A DNA stretch of 64,000 bases, from NCBI GenBank assembly GCA_013154035.1, contig JAADDH010000069.1:5500-69499 (forward strand). The letters run 5' to 3'. This DNA is from Candidatus Iainarchaeum sp. (GTDB taxonomy: Archaea; Iainarchaeota; Iainarchaeia; JAADDC01). This document shows, piece after piece, positions 9,115 through 18,471 of the stretch; position 1 is the first letter of the stretch, and every line of letters starts with the position of its first letter. Both the position numbers and the translations under genes were made by a program. Below the pieces are notes generated by a model. The model did no database searches and was not told where the DNA came from. It saw only the letters and a program-made list of their open reading frames with translations.

Positions 9115-10389
9115 ATGGGGGATTTAAACACCCTGGATAAATATGGTTATATGGCTGGGAAGCATTCGATGCCCGAGCACATTGCAACTGCGATTTCTGC
9201 ATTTCCGAAGGGTCTTCTCAAGGCGCATGAGGATGTAATCTCTCAAATTCGCAGGGCAAAGGAGAGTAATAGGAAGATTATTGTGCTATCCGATGGTGGC
9301 GACGCGGACGGAGCCAGCGCGGAGGCATATCGGGATATATTCAAAGCCGTTGGTCACGAGAATTACGAAATTCGATATGTGGATCGAAATAACCTCGCAT
9401 TCGACGAGCCGGGCGCGTTATACATCGTTCACGATCTCACGGTGGAGCCAAAGCACACCAAGGACGTTGCGGAAGGTGCAGAAATCATAAACGTTGATCA
9501 TCACGACAACCCGATAGCAGATCATCCTGCGCTCGTGGTTGTGGCGAATCCATTCGTTACAGACAGGCCGCACGAGGGTAAGCTAAGCCGAGAGGAGTCA
9601 TCGCCGCTCTATGCGTTGAATCCGTCCATTCAGATTCTGAACTTGTCAAGGCTAGCAGGAATCGAACCAACAGTATTCAGGAGGATAGAACTGATTGCAG
9701 CGATCGGTGCAGTTGGGGATCGTGCCCACAAGTACCGGAAAGAGATTGCAGATTTCGTATCTGCAGTCGTCAAGAAGCACGGAACGAACGTGGATGCGGT
9801 TTCAGAAGTGGCGGAACTGTTCTCGTATCCTGAGCGATTCCCAGGGCAAGTATCCCACGAAACCGTAATGCGCGCAGTAATGGGAGCGATTGATTCGGGA
9901 AACGTGTCTGCAGCATTAGAGCATCCAGTATTGGCAAAGTACCGCCAAGAGTGGCAAAGAATCATTAATAAGTATCACAAACGCGTGGAGCAGGAGCAGT
10001 TTGACCACGATGAAGAGATTACCGTCGGGGATCACACGGTCAGGCTTATTGTGGCGCACATAGACCCTGAGGACGAGCGCAGGGTGCAGAAGATAAAGTC
10101 TGAGTTCGGATCAATGATTTTAGAGAAGTATGATGGCGTAAAAACCCCTGTGATCGGTGCGGCAGGCCAGTGGGAACCAGGAGACGTACTGAACTACAGG
10201 GTTGTTGTCAACGACGCCGCCGCAGATCTTGGCATCCATGCGGGGGAGATCGCCCGCAAGGTAGCGGAAAGCTTTGGCACACGGGGCGGAGGGCACCAGA
10301 AAGTGGCGGGAACAATAATCCCATATTCCGAGCGGCCGAACGCCCACAAACACTTCAAGAAGGCAATAAGCGAGCTCTATGGCAAATAG
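9115..10389 (+). CDS. DHH/DHHA1 family phosphoesterase (RecJ/GAN/HAN-like), copy 1
   Basis: Motifs are VLSDGGDADG, VDHHD and a C-terminal GGGH. The start was moved to the internal ATG because the long ORF overlaps aspS. Confidence 0.72.
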   Translation: MGDLNTLDKYGYMAGKHSMPEHIATAISAFPKGLLKAHEDVISQIRRAKESNRKIIVLSDGGDADGASAEAYRDIFKAVGHENYEIRYVDRNNLAFDEPGALYIVHDLTVEPKHTKDVAEGAEIINVDHHDNPIADHPALVVVANPFVTDRPHEGKLSREESSPLYALNPSIQILNLSRLAGIEPTVFRRIELIAAIGAVGDRAHKYRKEIADFVSAVVKKHGTNVDAVSEVAELFSYPERFPGQVSHETVMRAVMGAIDSGNVSAALEHPVLAKYRQEWQRIINKYHKRVEQEQFDHDEEITVGDHTVRLIVAHIDPEDERRVQKIKSEFGSMILEKYDGVKTPVIGAAGQWEPGDVLNYRVVVNDAAADLGIHAGEIARKVAESFGTRGGGHQKVAGTIIPYSERPNAHKHFKKAISELYGK

Positions 10390-10425
10390 TGCGGTTATAA
10401 TAACAGTTGCTTACAAAACCATTTC

Positions 10426-11478
10426 ATGGGCATTCCCGACTCAATACAGGCAGCGATCCGGCGCTTCCGCAACTCGCTGGATGACGAACTTTACCATGTA
10501 GAACACGACACGGACATGGACGGCTTCGCGTCAGGCATAATAACGACGGTGGCGCTGCGGAGAATGGACTACGAGGCGTATCCGTATCCGGTGGAGCGAT
10601 CCAAAACATTCGTTCCTGAGCGCGGCGCAGTTGTATTCACGGATATTGCATTACACGGTGAGCCAACAGGCACGGTGCGGAGCGCTGCAGAACAGGGCGT
10701 CAACGTTTACGCTATTGATCACCATCCGTGGGAAGAGAAAATTGAGGCGGATCTCCGTGGATACCTGAACCCGCATCTGCTTCCGGACATAAAGAACCCA
10801 TCTCAGTGGAACACGGGGTTCCTTGCATTCCTTGCGTTCAGGGACGTGGCAGCGGACTATGACTGGCTCGCGGCGATTTCCATATACACGGACCGGTGCG
10901 AAACGAGGTGGAGCAGATATCTGATAGAACGCTATGGGCGGGAACGCGTTCAGAGAGCAGGAGATATGTTGACGGCATACATAGCAACAATTCAGGACTT
11001 GAGAGACTTGGATTGGATCCTCCTGGACGAGATGAACGGAATAGACGATGTACTAAACTACAAACCATTTATCGTAGCGGAGAGGAAGTTCGAGAACGCG
11101 GTGCAGAAATACCTAAACGACCCGGAAAGGTATGCGCTTCTTTGGGATCAGGAGCAGAAACTGGCGGTTCTTGAAACGGAGGAAACGTACCACGGCATAA
11201 ACTCCGTGGTATCCACGCGGCTCTCATTCATCCCAAAGTTCCGCGACTGGATCATCATCGTTCTGGGAAGGGAAGAAGATGGTACGGTGAAGGGATCGCT
11301 GCGTTGCCAGGAATGGCAGAAACGCGGAGTGCACCTCGGTGAACTCGCGTCTCAGATCGCATCTCAGCTCGGTGGGCAGGGCGGAGGGCATCCCGTTGCT
11401 GCAGGGATGAGAATACCTCCTGGAAAAACAGAGGGCGAAATCCTGAGAACCCTGAAAGACGCTGTGGCCCGGGCGTGA
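10426..11478 (+). CDS. DHH/DHHA1 family phosphoesterase, copy 2
   Basis: The 350-aa protein has HDTDMDG, IDHHPW and GGGHPVAAG. Confidence 0.72.
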   Translation: MGIPDSIQAAIRRFRNSLDDELYHVEHDTDMDGFASGIITTVALRRMDYEAYPYPVERSKTFVPERGAVVFTDIALHGEPTGTVRSAAEQGVNVYAIDHHPWEEKIEADLRGYLNPHLLPDIKNPSQWNTGFLAFLAFRDVAADYDWLAAISIYTDRCETRWSRYLIERYGRERVQRAGDMLTAYIATIQDLRDLDWILLDEMNGIDDVLNYKPFIVAERKFENAVQKYLNDPERYALLWDQEQKLAVLETEETYHGINSVVSTRLSFIPKFRDWIIIVLGREEDGTVKGSLRCQEWQKRGVHLGELASQIASQLGGQGGGHPVAAGMRIPPGKTEGEILRTLKDAVARA

Positions 11479-11522
11479 AACCCGGGATCACTGCTCACCC
11501 GAGCCGTCCCACCCGGGCCGTA

Positions 11523-11759
11523 TCAATGAGCGCGAATAACTTTATCAGGAGTAAATGCCATCGCGATCCGCCTGAAGACGTCTTCGTCTCCATGCACCAC
11601 CACGCGCTTGGGTCGTACTGCCTTCAAAAATACAATGAGCTCATCCAAGTCGTCAAAGGCTACCGCGTTCCCTTCTTCGGTGTCCCAACCCCGTAGCGTA
11701 GACTCTGGGACAACGTGCCAGATAAAAGTAGGTATGGATGATGGACGAACCAGCAACAT
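11523..11759 (-). pseudogene. RMMBL-like fragment homologous to the C-terminus of beta-CASP RNases. It may be a remnant or a stand-alone mini-domain.
   Basis: The 78-aa product LIVFLKAVRPKRVVVHGDEDVFRRIAMAF parallels the C-terminus of the 24198..25466 beta-CASP protein, LFKLVKNVNPQYVVAVHGDEDNTVRLAEDL. Its start overlaps the metK stop. Confidence 0.3.
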
Positions 11760-12970
11760 TAGAACACCCGGATCTCGCCGTTGATGAGCTTGTCTACGAG
11801 ATCCATTATGTTGTCCAAGTGCTGGTGAACGATCTCCTCTGCTTCTTTCTGAATCTCCTCAATCTTTGTGTGCTCGTCGGGCAGAACAGTAACGTTGACG
11901 ATCTGCGGCTCGTCTATGGGTTTGCCGATCTGGCTGAGGAGCTGGACGTAAACCTCAGTCACTCCGGAGACCTGTTCGTAGATATCCTTGGCGATCTGGT
12001 TCGCTAGCACATTGTAAATCTTGCCAACGTGGTTCACTGGGTTCTTGCCCGCCGCGGCCTCGGTGGACATGAGGCGGGAGGGTGTGATCAGGCCGTTTAT
12101 GCGGTTACCCCTGCCAACAGAACCGTCGTCGCCGGACTCCATGGACAGACCCGTTACTGTCAAGTAGACGATACCGCTCTCAATATCATCCGCCGTATTG
12201 ACGTGGATGCCGATGCTCTTGTCTGTAATGTTCTCGGCAAGATCGCGCACGGTCTCAAAGATCGCCGCCTTTGCGTCAAGATACTCCTGCACATTGCTCA
12301 GCTCGGAATCCACCATTGCAGCAGCGATCGTCAGGTTAATGTGATCCTTTTTGCGGACGGCCATAACTTTAATGTCCTCTCCAACCGCGGGCACCTCACG
12401 CTTAAAGTGGTCCGAGTTCAGAACACGCTCAGCCTCAAGCGCAAGTGCTTCAGTCTCGCTGAGGGGAGCGTAGCCAACGCCCACCGACGTATCGTTGGCC
12501 AGCGGAGTATCTCCTTTCTTGAGCTCAAAGAGATGTTTTAGGTCAATAGACCCCATGCCAATTTTAGATTCTACAATTACGTGGTCTTCAACGTCCAAAT
12601 GCCTGAAGTTTTGCCAGAGGTAGTCCTTTGCAGCCTCGATGGCGATGCGGTGGACGGGAATCCACTCGCCATCAACAAAGCTTGTTGCTCTACCAGCAAG
12701 GAGAATATATATTGGCTTTATGACCTCTCCCCCACCCCACATGGGACGGGAACGGCCTCCGACAACCTCTACCTGGTCCGTGTTGTGGTGAAGAACTGTG
12801 CCGAAGCGATGAACATATTCCGCGCAGAGCGCACGGCTAACGGCGTCTGCAATGCCATCGGCCACGCTATCGGGGTGTCCAAGACCCTTGCGCTCCACGA
12901 TTTCCACGGGCCGCTGCTCTACGGGAACGGCCCTGAAGGGGCTAACAACAATCTCTCTATTCTTGCCCAT
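11759..12970 (-). CDS. mat: S-adenosylmethionine synthetase, archaeal type
   Basis: The 403-aa protein has [16 protein letters not shown] and the archaeal MAT architecture. Confidence 0.88.
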   Translation of the reverse strand: MGKNREIVVSPFRAVPVEQRPVEIVERKGLGHPDSVADGIADAVSRALCAEYVHRFGTVLHHNTDQVEVVGGRSRPMWGGGEVIKPIYILLAGRATSFVDGEWIPVHRIAIEAAKDYLWQNFRHLDVEDHVIVESKIGMGSIDLKHLFELKKGDTPLANDTSVGVGYAPLSETEALALEAERVLNSDHFKREVPAVGEDIKVMAVRKKDHINLTIAAAMVDSELSNVQEYLDAKAAIFETVRDLAENITDKSIGIHVNTADDIESGIVYLTVTGLSMESGDDGSVGRGNRINGLITPSRLMSTEAAAGKNPVNHVGKIYNVLANQIAKDIYEQVSGVTEVYVQLLSQIGKPIDEPQIVNVTVLPDEHTKIEEIQKEAEEIVHQHLDNIMDLVDKLINGEIRVF

Positions 12971-13015
12971 TGTTTGAAAGGGAGGGAAAATGCTTATATT
13001 GTTGCCACTGTACAG

Positions 13016-13273
13016 TCAGTTCGTTCTGCACGCGGTAGGTAGGCGGGATACCACCAGCCCATCCTCCGGGCTGGCGAATATCACGATTGTGGAGTCGTCG
13101 CCGCGGAGCTGTGCGAAGATTCTACGCTTGCCCCATGCGTCGTAGCTCTCAATGTACTTATCAAGTTCGTATCCGCTACCTACATGGCGCTGAATCTCAT
13201 AGCGAGCAAAAACAAGAATTTCATCCCAATATCCGTCGTCAAACACCACCCGATCAACGATTTCCCCGATCAT
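13016..13273 (-). CDS. Hypothetical protein (85 aa)
   Basis: ORF sits upstream of mat on the same strand. No recognisable motif. Confidence 0.35.
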   Translation of the reverse strand: MIGEIVDRVVFDDGYWDEILVFARYEIQRHVGSGYELDKYIESYDAWGKRRIFAQLRGDDSTIVIFASPEDGLVVSRLPTACRTN

Positions 13274-13422
13274 GTGTGTAAGGACGTTTGCGAATTATAA
13301 AGAGTTTTTGGAACACCATCTTTCCGATAACCCGCTAAAGTGATTTAAAAGCAATGGAATATTTGGCGTAGGTCCTACGACGTTTTTGCAAAAACAGCCC
13401 AGTACTACGCGGAGGTGATTAT

Positions 13423-13764
13423 TTGAGAGGCATGATAGGAGTGGATAGAATACTCATGATCTCAGTAGTGTCTGCACTGCTTGCAGTCGGCGCATACTAC
13501 GTATTAACCGACTCTCAGGTTCGGAACGCAGCAATCTCCGGAATGGCAACCATGAGCACTAGCCTATGGATGCACGCAACCCATGGAGATGTTGTTGCAA
13601 TAGCAATCATTGGAGCGCTCGGTGGCGTAACCATATACCTCCTCCACACGTTCAGGGATATCCTGTACACTGCGCTGATAATCCTGCTACTCGCCGGTAG
13701 CATACAGGGCGCAATTGATAATCACCAATGGCGCGCTAAACAGGTGATAGAATTAGGCGCGTAG
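13423..13764 (+). CDS. Small membrane protein (113 aa, three predicted TM helices)
   Basis: TTG start lies 3 nt after a perfect GGAGGTGAT ribosome-binding site. The protein is hydrophobic. Confidence 0.5.
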   Translation: MRGMIGVDRILMISVVSALLAVGAYYVLTDSQVRNAAISGMATMSTSLWMHATHGDVVAIAIIGALGGVTIYLLHTFRDILYTALIILLLAGSIQGAIDNHQWRAKQVIELGA

Positions 13765-13786
13765 GCAAAGCGAATGCTGATGCATT

Positions 13787-13985
13787 GAACAAGAGTGATT
13801 CCCCCAGCCGCCGTCTCGGCTAGCGTGACGATGGGGCTACCGCCCCTATAACCCCGAAGAGGGTGTCTGCAACACCCTGCTATTGGCCTGCTAAGCGAAC
13901 GAAGTGCGCGCACGCAGGACGCGGGCACCACATCGCGAACTTTGTTCGCGTGCACGCAAGCGGAGCTTGCGATGGAGCAGCTGGT
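13787..13985. ncRNA. Candidate structured RNA module, copy 1. A conserved core of about 95 nt is followed by GC-rich hairpins. It lies in the 3' trailer of tRNA-Pro; the functional strand is unknown.
   Basis: The core is about 90% identical to 35262..35360. Hairpin GGGTGTctgcaACACCC here corresponds to GGGTGCTtccAGCACCC in copy 2, with compensatory changes. Further perfect hairpins are CGCGAACtttGTTCGCG and CGCAAGCggaGCTTGCG. Confidence 0.35.
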
Positions 13986-13988
13986 GAG

Positions 13989-14063
13989 TGGGGCCGCCGA
14001 GATTCGAACTCGGGTCGCGGGCTCCCAAAGCCCGAATGCTAGGCCAGGCTACACCACGGCCCC
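13989..14063 (-). tRNA. tRNA-Pro (anticodon TGG)
   Basis: The reverse complement folds as a cloverleaf: acceptor GGGGCCG/CGGCCCC, anticodon loop TTTGGGA, T-loop TTCGAAT, discriminator A. No CCA is encoded. Confidence 0.85.
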
Positions 14064-14107
14064 TTTGAAACCCTGGCGAGAAAATGGTTGAAAATAGGGA
14101 ATAAAAA

Positions 14108-15028
14108 TCAAGCGTTTACCGGGATGTTTAGCTCCTTTTTTAGCTCGCGGTAGCGGTTGCGTATCGTGACCTCGGTAACGCCAGCGACCTCTGCAACCTC
14201 TTTCTGCGTTCTGCGCTCGCCCTTGAGAAGTGCTGCAATATACACTGCTGCTGCAGCAACACCCGTAGGTCCTCTTCCAGAGAGTAGGCCCTTTTCAATG
14301 GCCTTCTGGAGAATGCGGATGGCTTCTTCCTGAACCTCGCCGGAAAGACCAAGTGCGCTGGCAAACTTCGGCACATAGTACACCGGATTGGTGAGCGGCA
14401 CCTTGATGCCCAGCTCGTTCACGATGAAACGGTAAGTACGGCCGATGTCTTTCTTTGACAGGCCAGATGCTTCGGAGATCTCGTCAAGCGTTCTGGGGAT
14501 TCCATATATGCGGCAAACGGCGTATATGACTGCTGCAACTACGGCTTCAATGAGACGGCCCCGAATAAGGCCTTTATCCACTGCCTTTCGGTACATAGCC
14601 GCGGCTTCCTCTATAATGCCGTCAGGAAGGTTCAGGTAAGAACCAATGCGCTTGATCTCCGTTAGTGCTACGGAGAGGTTACGCTCGGTAGAAGAAGAGA
14701 CGGTTGTGCGCTTGTGCCACTTGCGGAGACGGAACATCTGCGCCTTCGTAGACTGCGCGAGTTGGGAACCGCGCGTATCCCTGTTGTGCATATCAATGAT
14801 TGTCGTCAGACCCTTGCCTATCTTCGTCTCCTTCATGGGTGCGCCGGTCCTTGCCCTTGCTTCCATCTGATCAGAATCAAAGGCCCTCCATTCCGGCCCG
14901 GAATCTACCGCTGGCTCATCAAAAACATAACCACAATCTCGACACACCCACTCGCCGCGAGCACGGTCAAAAACGATGTTCTTTGATCCACACTCCGGGC
15001 ACACAAGCTTATTCCCCATGAATATCAC
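14108..15028 (-). CDS. tfb: Transcription initiation factor TFIIB (TFB)
   Basis: The 306-aa protein has an N-terminal Zn ribbon CPECGS..CRDCG, two cyclin-like repeats and a C-terminal HTH. Confidence 0.9.
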   Translation of the reverse strand: MIFMGNKLVCPECGSKNIVFDRARGEWVCRDCGYVFDEPAVDSGPEWRAFDSDQMEARARTGAPMKETKIGKGLTTIIDMHNRDTRGSQLAQSTKAQMFRLRKWHKRTTVSSSTERNLSVALTEIKRIGSYLNLPDGIIEEAAAMYRKAVDKGLIRGRLIEAVVAAVIYAVCRIYGIPRTLDEISEASGLSKKDIGRTYRFIVNELGIKVPLTNPVYYVPKFASALGLSGEVQEEAIRILQKAIEKGLLSGRGPTGVAAAAVYIAALLKGERRTQKEVAEVAGVTEVTIRNRYRELKKELNIPVNA

Positions 15029-15288
15029 CTTCCGACTTGCCCCAGCAGATCGGACTCACGAACGTAGAACCGCTGGGACCGATTTCCCTTTATCGTAATG
15101 TATGGCGAACCGACGGGGCCAAAAACATCCGTTACCACACCGAGCTTCCGCCCATACTTGTCAAATACGGGCGCGCCAATACGCGGAACGTGCCTTGTCA
15201 GGACTTTTGCCACCATGTAACGGCCAACAGAATGCATATACTCGCCCACAAGCACAAGGTTTTTAAATTTGCCGTCGGTTCCCTTCAC
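15025..15288 (-). CDS. gar1: H/ACA ribonucleoprotein complex subunit Gar1
   Basis: The 87-aa protein [21 protein letters not shown] is adjacent to tfb, the conserved tfb-gar1 arrangement. Confidence 0.82.
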   Translation of the reverse strand: MKGTDGKFKNLVLVGEYMHSVGRYMVAKVLTRHVPRIGAPVFDKYGRKLGVVTDVFGPVGSPYITIKGNRSQRFYVRESDLLGQVGR

Positions 15289-15320
15289 AATACCACCCGC
15301 TGTGAACGTGCGTAAAAATA

Positions 15321-15711
15321 TTACAGGAGGACGGCATTCACCACGCCGTCCTGATTGGGACGAGATGTAACACGCGCCTTGCCGAGTTCCGTTTCAATGA
15401 CTGCACCCTTGGTAATCACGTTGGAACGGATGAAGTGGCGGTGCGCGTTGTTCTCAACGAGGGATAGGATCTTCACCTTCTGGACCTTGCCAGTCTTAGG
15501 ATCCGCAACATTGGCATACGCCACCTTCTTGAGGCGAACCTTCACGTTTCCGCCGCGAACGCGGATCGTCTTACGCTCATCCTCCTCGGCGAGCGTCGTG
15601 AGAACGCTAATACGGCCCATTTCCCTCTTTCTGCGCATGCGAGCACGAAGGCTCCTGCGAAGACCACCTGTGAACTTTCTTCCACTTTTACCGTGCCAAA
15701 CTGCCAAGTGA
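15321..15711 (-). CDS. rps8e: 30S ribosomal protein S8e
   Basis: The N-terminal motif [12 protein letters not shown] is typical of S8e. The start is probably GTG or TTG inside the longer 15321..15728 frame. Confidence 0.78.
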
Positions 15712-15787
15712 ACACCTCCACTGCACAAAATTTACGCAGTATTCACACTACTTTACAATAGGCGTGGGAGAACATTTATAAAGTTGC

Positions 15788-18088
15788 TTATACATCCTCG
15801 GGCTTGTACGGTTCGGAAACGACTTTTCGGATTTCTTTTGCTTTCTTCGGCCCAATTCCCTCCACTCGAGCAAGATCTCTCTCGCTAGCGGTGAATACAG
15901 ACTCCACGCTACCGAAATGCGTGAGCAGTTGCTTCGCTAATTTGGGTCCGACGAAGGGCAAGGACTCCACAATGAACTGTTGCATCTCGGGAAGGGACAT
16001 AATACGTTTCTCTCCCCGAAGACGCACATCTCTGCCCTGTTCCTGCTCACGGCGTGCAAGGGCACGGATGTATGCCGCAGTATCTGCCACATCCTTTGTG
16101 AACAGCACGGAAATTCCATAATCTGCTATGAGCGAAGACAATGCACCGCGAATCGCGTTAGGATGAACGTTACGGACGGCGTATATATTCCCCCCTTCCA
16201 CAATTATCACGGGACGAGCGAAATGAGATGTTAACTCAGCGGCCTGGGTGAACAGACGGCCATCGATGATGGATGCCACAAAATCTGCCACACTCTTTCT
16301 TTCAATCCCTACACGCTCTGAGACGACGTAATCCGCAACGGGCAGTTGTTTAAGAACTACGTGAACGTCACCCATTTCCTCAAGCGCACGGATCACACCT
16401 GATGCACGCTCGCGGTAGTCTGCAAAAACAACATATTTCTTCTGGCTTGCAGACTCCTCGCGTTTTGGCTGGACAAAGTCTGTAATTGCGCGCTGGGATG
16501 CGTCTTTGAGTTCAAACATCTTCCGCAGTTTCTTCAGCGTTTCAATCATCCGCCGCTCTCTTGCGCGGGCCGCCCAGTAATACGCTTCGTCCCTCGTTCC
16601 CTTTGCTATGAGCACATACACTTCACCGCTACCGAATCGGCCCGTTCTTCCCCTACGCTGGATGCTGCGGATCTCAGAAGGGATTGCTTCGTAAAATACA
16701 ACGAGATCCACTGAAGGAATGTCAAGACCCTCTTCCGCAACGGATGTCGCCACGAGGACGTTATACTCGCCGCGGCGGAATGCATCCAGGACTGCTTTTT
16801 GCTCCTTCTGGTTCAGACCCCTGTCCCCCTCCCTGCTAGCCTGGCCCACAAATCGCACGGGCTTAATACCCTCCACATCATTTAACGCATCTACAATTTT
16901 CGCCGCGGTGTCCCTATACTGGGTGAATACAATGGCACGGGCATCGGGATTCTCCTTGAAGAATTTGGAAAGGATTTCCTTCAAACGGTCCAGTTTGGGG
17001 TGCTCATAGGCACGTAAATGCATCTGACGAACGATACGATAGACCTCCTGAACGTAGGGATCTAGAGCCACGTGTTTCAGCGATTTTGGCGCAGAAGACA
17101 GGGAGGAGCGGGAGAAGACGCGCTGAAGGTACGCGTGAGTGGCGGCGACGCCCTGTGTTTCGAGCAGCTCCAGAGCATGATGGATTTTCAAGATCTCGGA
17201 AACGAGGCGGATTGCTTCATAAGTATCGCTGTTGTTCGGATCCTCTGCAACGCTTCCCTGCAGGCGCTCCTGCAAACCCAGGAAGTCTTTCTTGGAGTAT
17301 GCCCGCACATCAGCAGAGTCCACCACATTCATCTCTTTCAGCTTACGCAGACGGATGGCAATTGCTCGTTCCAACAGGTGCTTTGCCTCCTTAAACTCCG
17401 AGGGCAAATCAACGCGAACCCAATGCGTGCGGATCTTCTGGACATACGGCTTCACGTCTGGGTCGTCAGGGGTGCGAATCTCCACGTGGCGGATATGCAG
17501 GTTTCGCATGACTTCTTGGATCTTTTCGGAGCTGCCGCCAGGAGATGCGGTGAGGGCAAGAATAAGTGGGGCCTTTGCAGACTTGATGTATTGGTCTGCG
17601 ATGAATACATATGGGTAGTTGCCCACGGCCCGATGCGCCTCATCAACAACGAGAAGTACAACGTCTTCCAGCGAGATATTCCCACGGATTATGTCGTTCT
17701 CCACGGTCTGGGGTGTTGCAACAATTATACGCGCAGATTGCCATAAGTCGGCCCGCTTTTTTGGAGAAAGGGAACCCGTGAATGCAACTATTTCTTCGTC
17801 AGGAAGATTCATCAGCCGCCGTAAGGATTCTGCATGCTGAAGAACAAGAGGTTTTGTCGGCGCGAGGAAGAGCACTTTCCCATCGGGGTGCTTACGCAGA
17901 CGTTCGGCCATAACAAGAGCTGCTACGACAGTTTTGCCGAGCGCAGTAGGGGCAACTACCAATGTGTTGCCCTTATCGAGGACGGCCGTCGCCATGAGTT
18001 GCTGATAAAGCCTGGCCTCCACTGTTTCAGGTTTTATGAGCGGGTGGTTTACGTAGGACGGTGTCTCGGCGGAGGCCATCAATACCAT
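15788..18088 (-). CDS. hef: Hef: helicase-associated endonuclease for fork-structured DNA. It has an SF2 helicase followed by an ERCC4 nuclease and HhH2.
   Basis: It has a Walker A motif VVAPTALGKT and a DEAH box VVDEAH. An ERCC4 nuclease domain contains ERKSVADF, and a C-terminal helix-hairpin-helix pair is present. The start is trimmed to MVLMASAE because the long frame overlaps the histone gene. Confidence 0.82.
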   Translation of the reverse strand: MVLMASAETPSYVNHPLIKPETVEARLYQQLMATAVLDKGNTLVVAPTALGKTVVAALVMAERLRKHPDGKVLFLAPTKPLVLQHAESLRRLMNLPDEEIVAFTGSLSPKKRADLWQSARIIVATPQTVENDIIRGNISLEDVVLLVVDEAHRAVGNYPYVFIADQYIKSAKAPLILALTASPGGSSEKIQEVMRNLHIRHVEIRTPDDPDVKPYVQKIRTHWVRVDLPSEFKEAKHLLERAIAIRLRKLKEMNVVDSADVRAYSKKDFLGLQERLQGSVAEDPNNSDTYEAIRLVSEILKIHHALELLETQGVAATHAYLQRVFSRSSLSSAPKSLKHVALDPYVQEVYRIVRQMHLRAYEHPKLDRLKEILSKFFKENPDARAIVFTQYRDTAAKIVDALNDVEGIKPVRFVGQASREGDRGLNQKEQKAVLDAFRRGEYNVLVATSVAEEGLDIPSVDLVVFYEAIPSEIRSIQRRGRTGRFGSGEVYVLIAKGTRDEAYYWAARARERRMIETLKKLRKMFELKDASQRAITDFVQPKREESASQKKYVVFADYRERASGVIRALEEMGDVHVVLKQLPVADYVVSERVGIERKSVADFVASIIDGRLFTQAAELTSHFARPVIIVEGGNIYAVRNVHPNAIRGALSSLIADYGISVLFTKDVADTAAYIRALARREQEQGRDVRLRGEKRIMSLPEMQQFIVESLPFVGPKLAKQLLTHFGSVESVFTASERDLARVEGIGPKKAKEIRKVVSEPYKPEDV

Positions 18089-18223
18089 ATTATCTGGAAA
18101 CTGCTTTATATCCAGGCACTCACGAGGCCAAACCACATCACTCAAATTGCGGCAATCGGCGAGCAAAAAGCGAAAAGTATTTATATGGGTAATTCGTATA
18201 TTGGAGTGCGGAGGTGGAAAACC

Positions 18224-18436
18224 ATGACTGAGTTGCAGTTGGCACCTGTTGACAGGTTGATTAGGAAGGCCGGCGCAGAGAGGGTCTCTGACGAGGCCGT
18301 GAAGGTTCTTGCAAACATTCTTGAGGACCTCGCTCGTCAGATTACAGAGGCAGCCGTGCAGTATGCACGCCACGCAAAGAGGAAGACCCTCACAGCCGAC
18401 GACATCAAGCTTGCCGCAAAGGCAGTGCTTGGTTGA
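18224..18436 (+). CDS. Archaeal histone (HMf-like histone fold)
   Basis: The 70-aa product MTELQLAPVDRLIRKAG..RKTLTADDIKLAAK is preceded by a GGAGGTGG RBS. Confidence 0.9.
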   Translation: MTELQLAPVDRLIRKAGAERVSDEAVKVLANILEDLARQITEAAVQYARHAKRKTLTADDIKLAAKAVLG

Positions 18437-18471
18437 AGGGGTTTATTTCCCCTTTCCCTTCTATTTATCTC

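Noticed and set aside
13787-13985. Considered whether the duplicated element is SRP RNA, RNase P RNA, or a C/D or H/ACA sRNA
   Set aside because: None of the hallmark motifs could be found by eye: SRP helix-8 GNAR/AGCA-GGAA, RNase P GGAAAGUCCGGGC, RUGAUGA/CUGA box pairs, ACA 3 nt after a hairpin. It is left as an unclassified structured element rather than named.
17072-17746. 224-aa and other long plus-strand ORFs inside hef (16719..17009, 17232..17618, 17619..17840)
   Set aside because: Antisense to the Hef helicase domain. No motifs.
15788-18373. Full-length 861-aa hef frame
   Set aside because: The N-terminal 95 codons overlap the histone gene on the other strand and lack helicase motifs. 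The start was moved to MVLMASAE (18088).
17834-18436. 200-aa ORF containing the histone
   Set aside because: Only the last 70 codons (18224..18436), preceded by a GGAGGTGG RBS, form the histone. The upstream part is antisense to the hef N-terminus.
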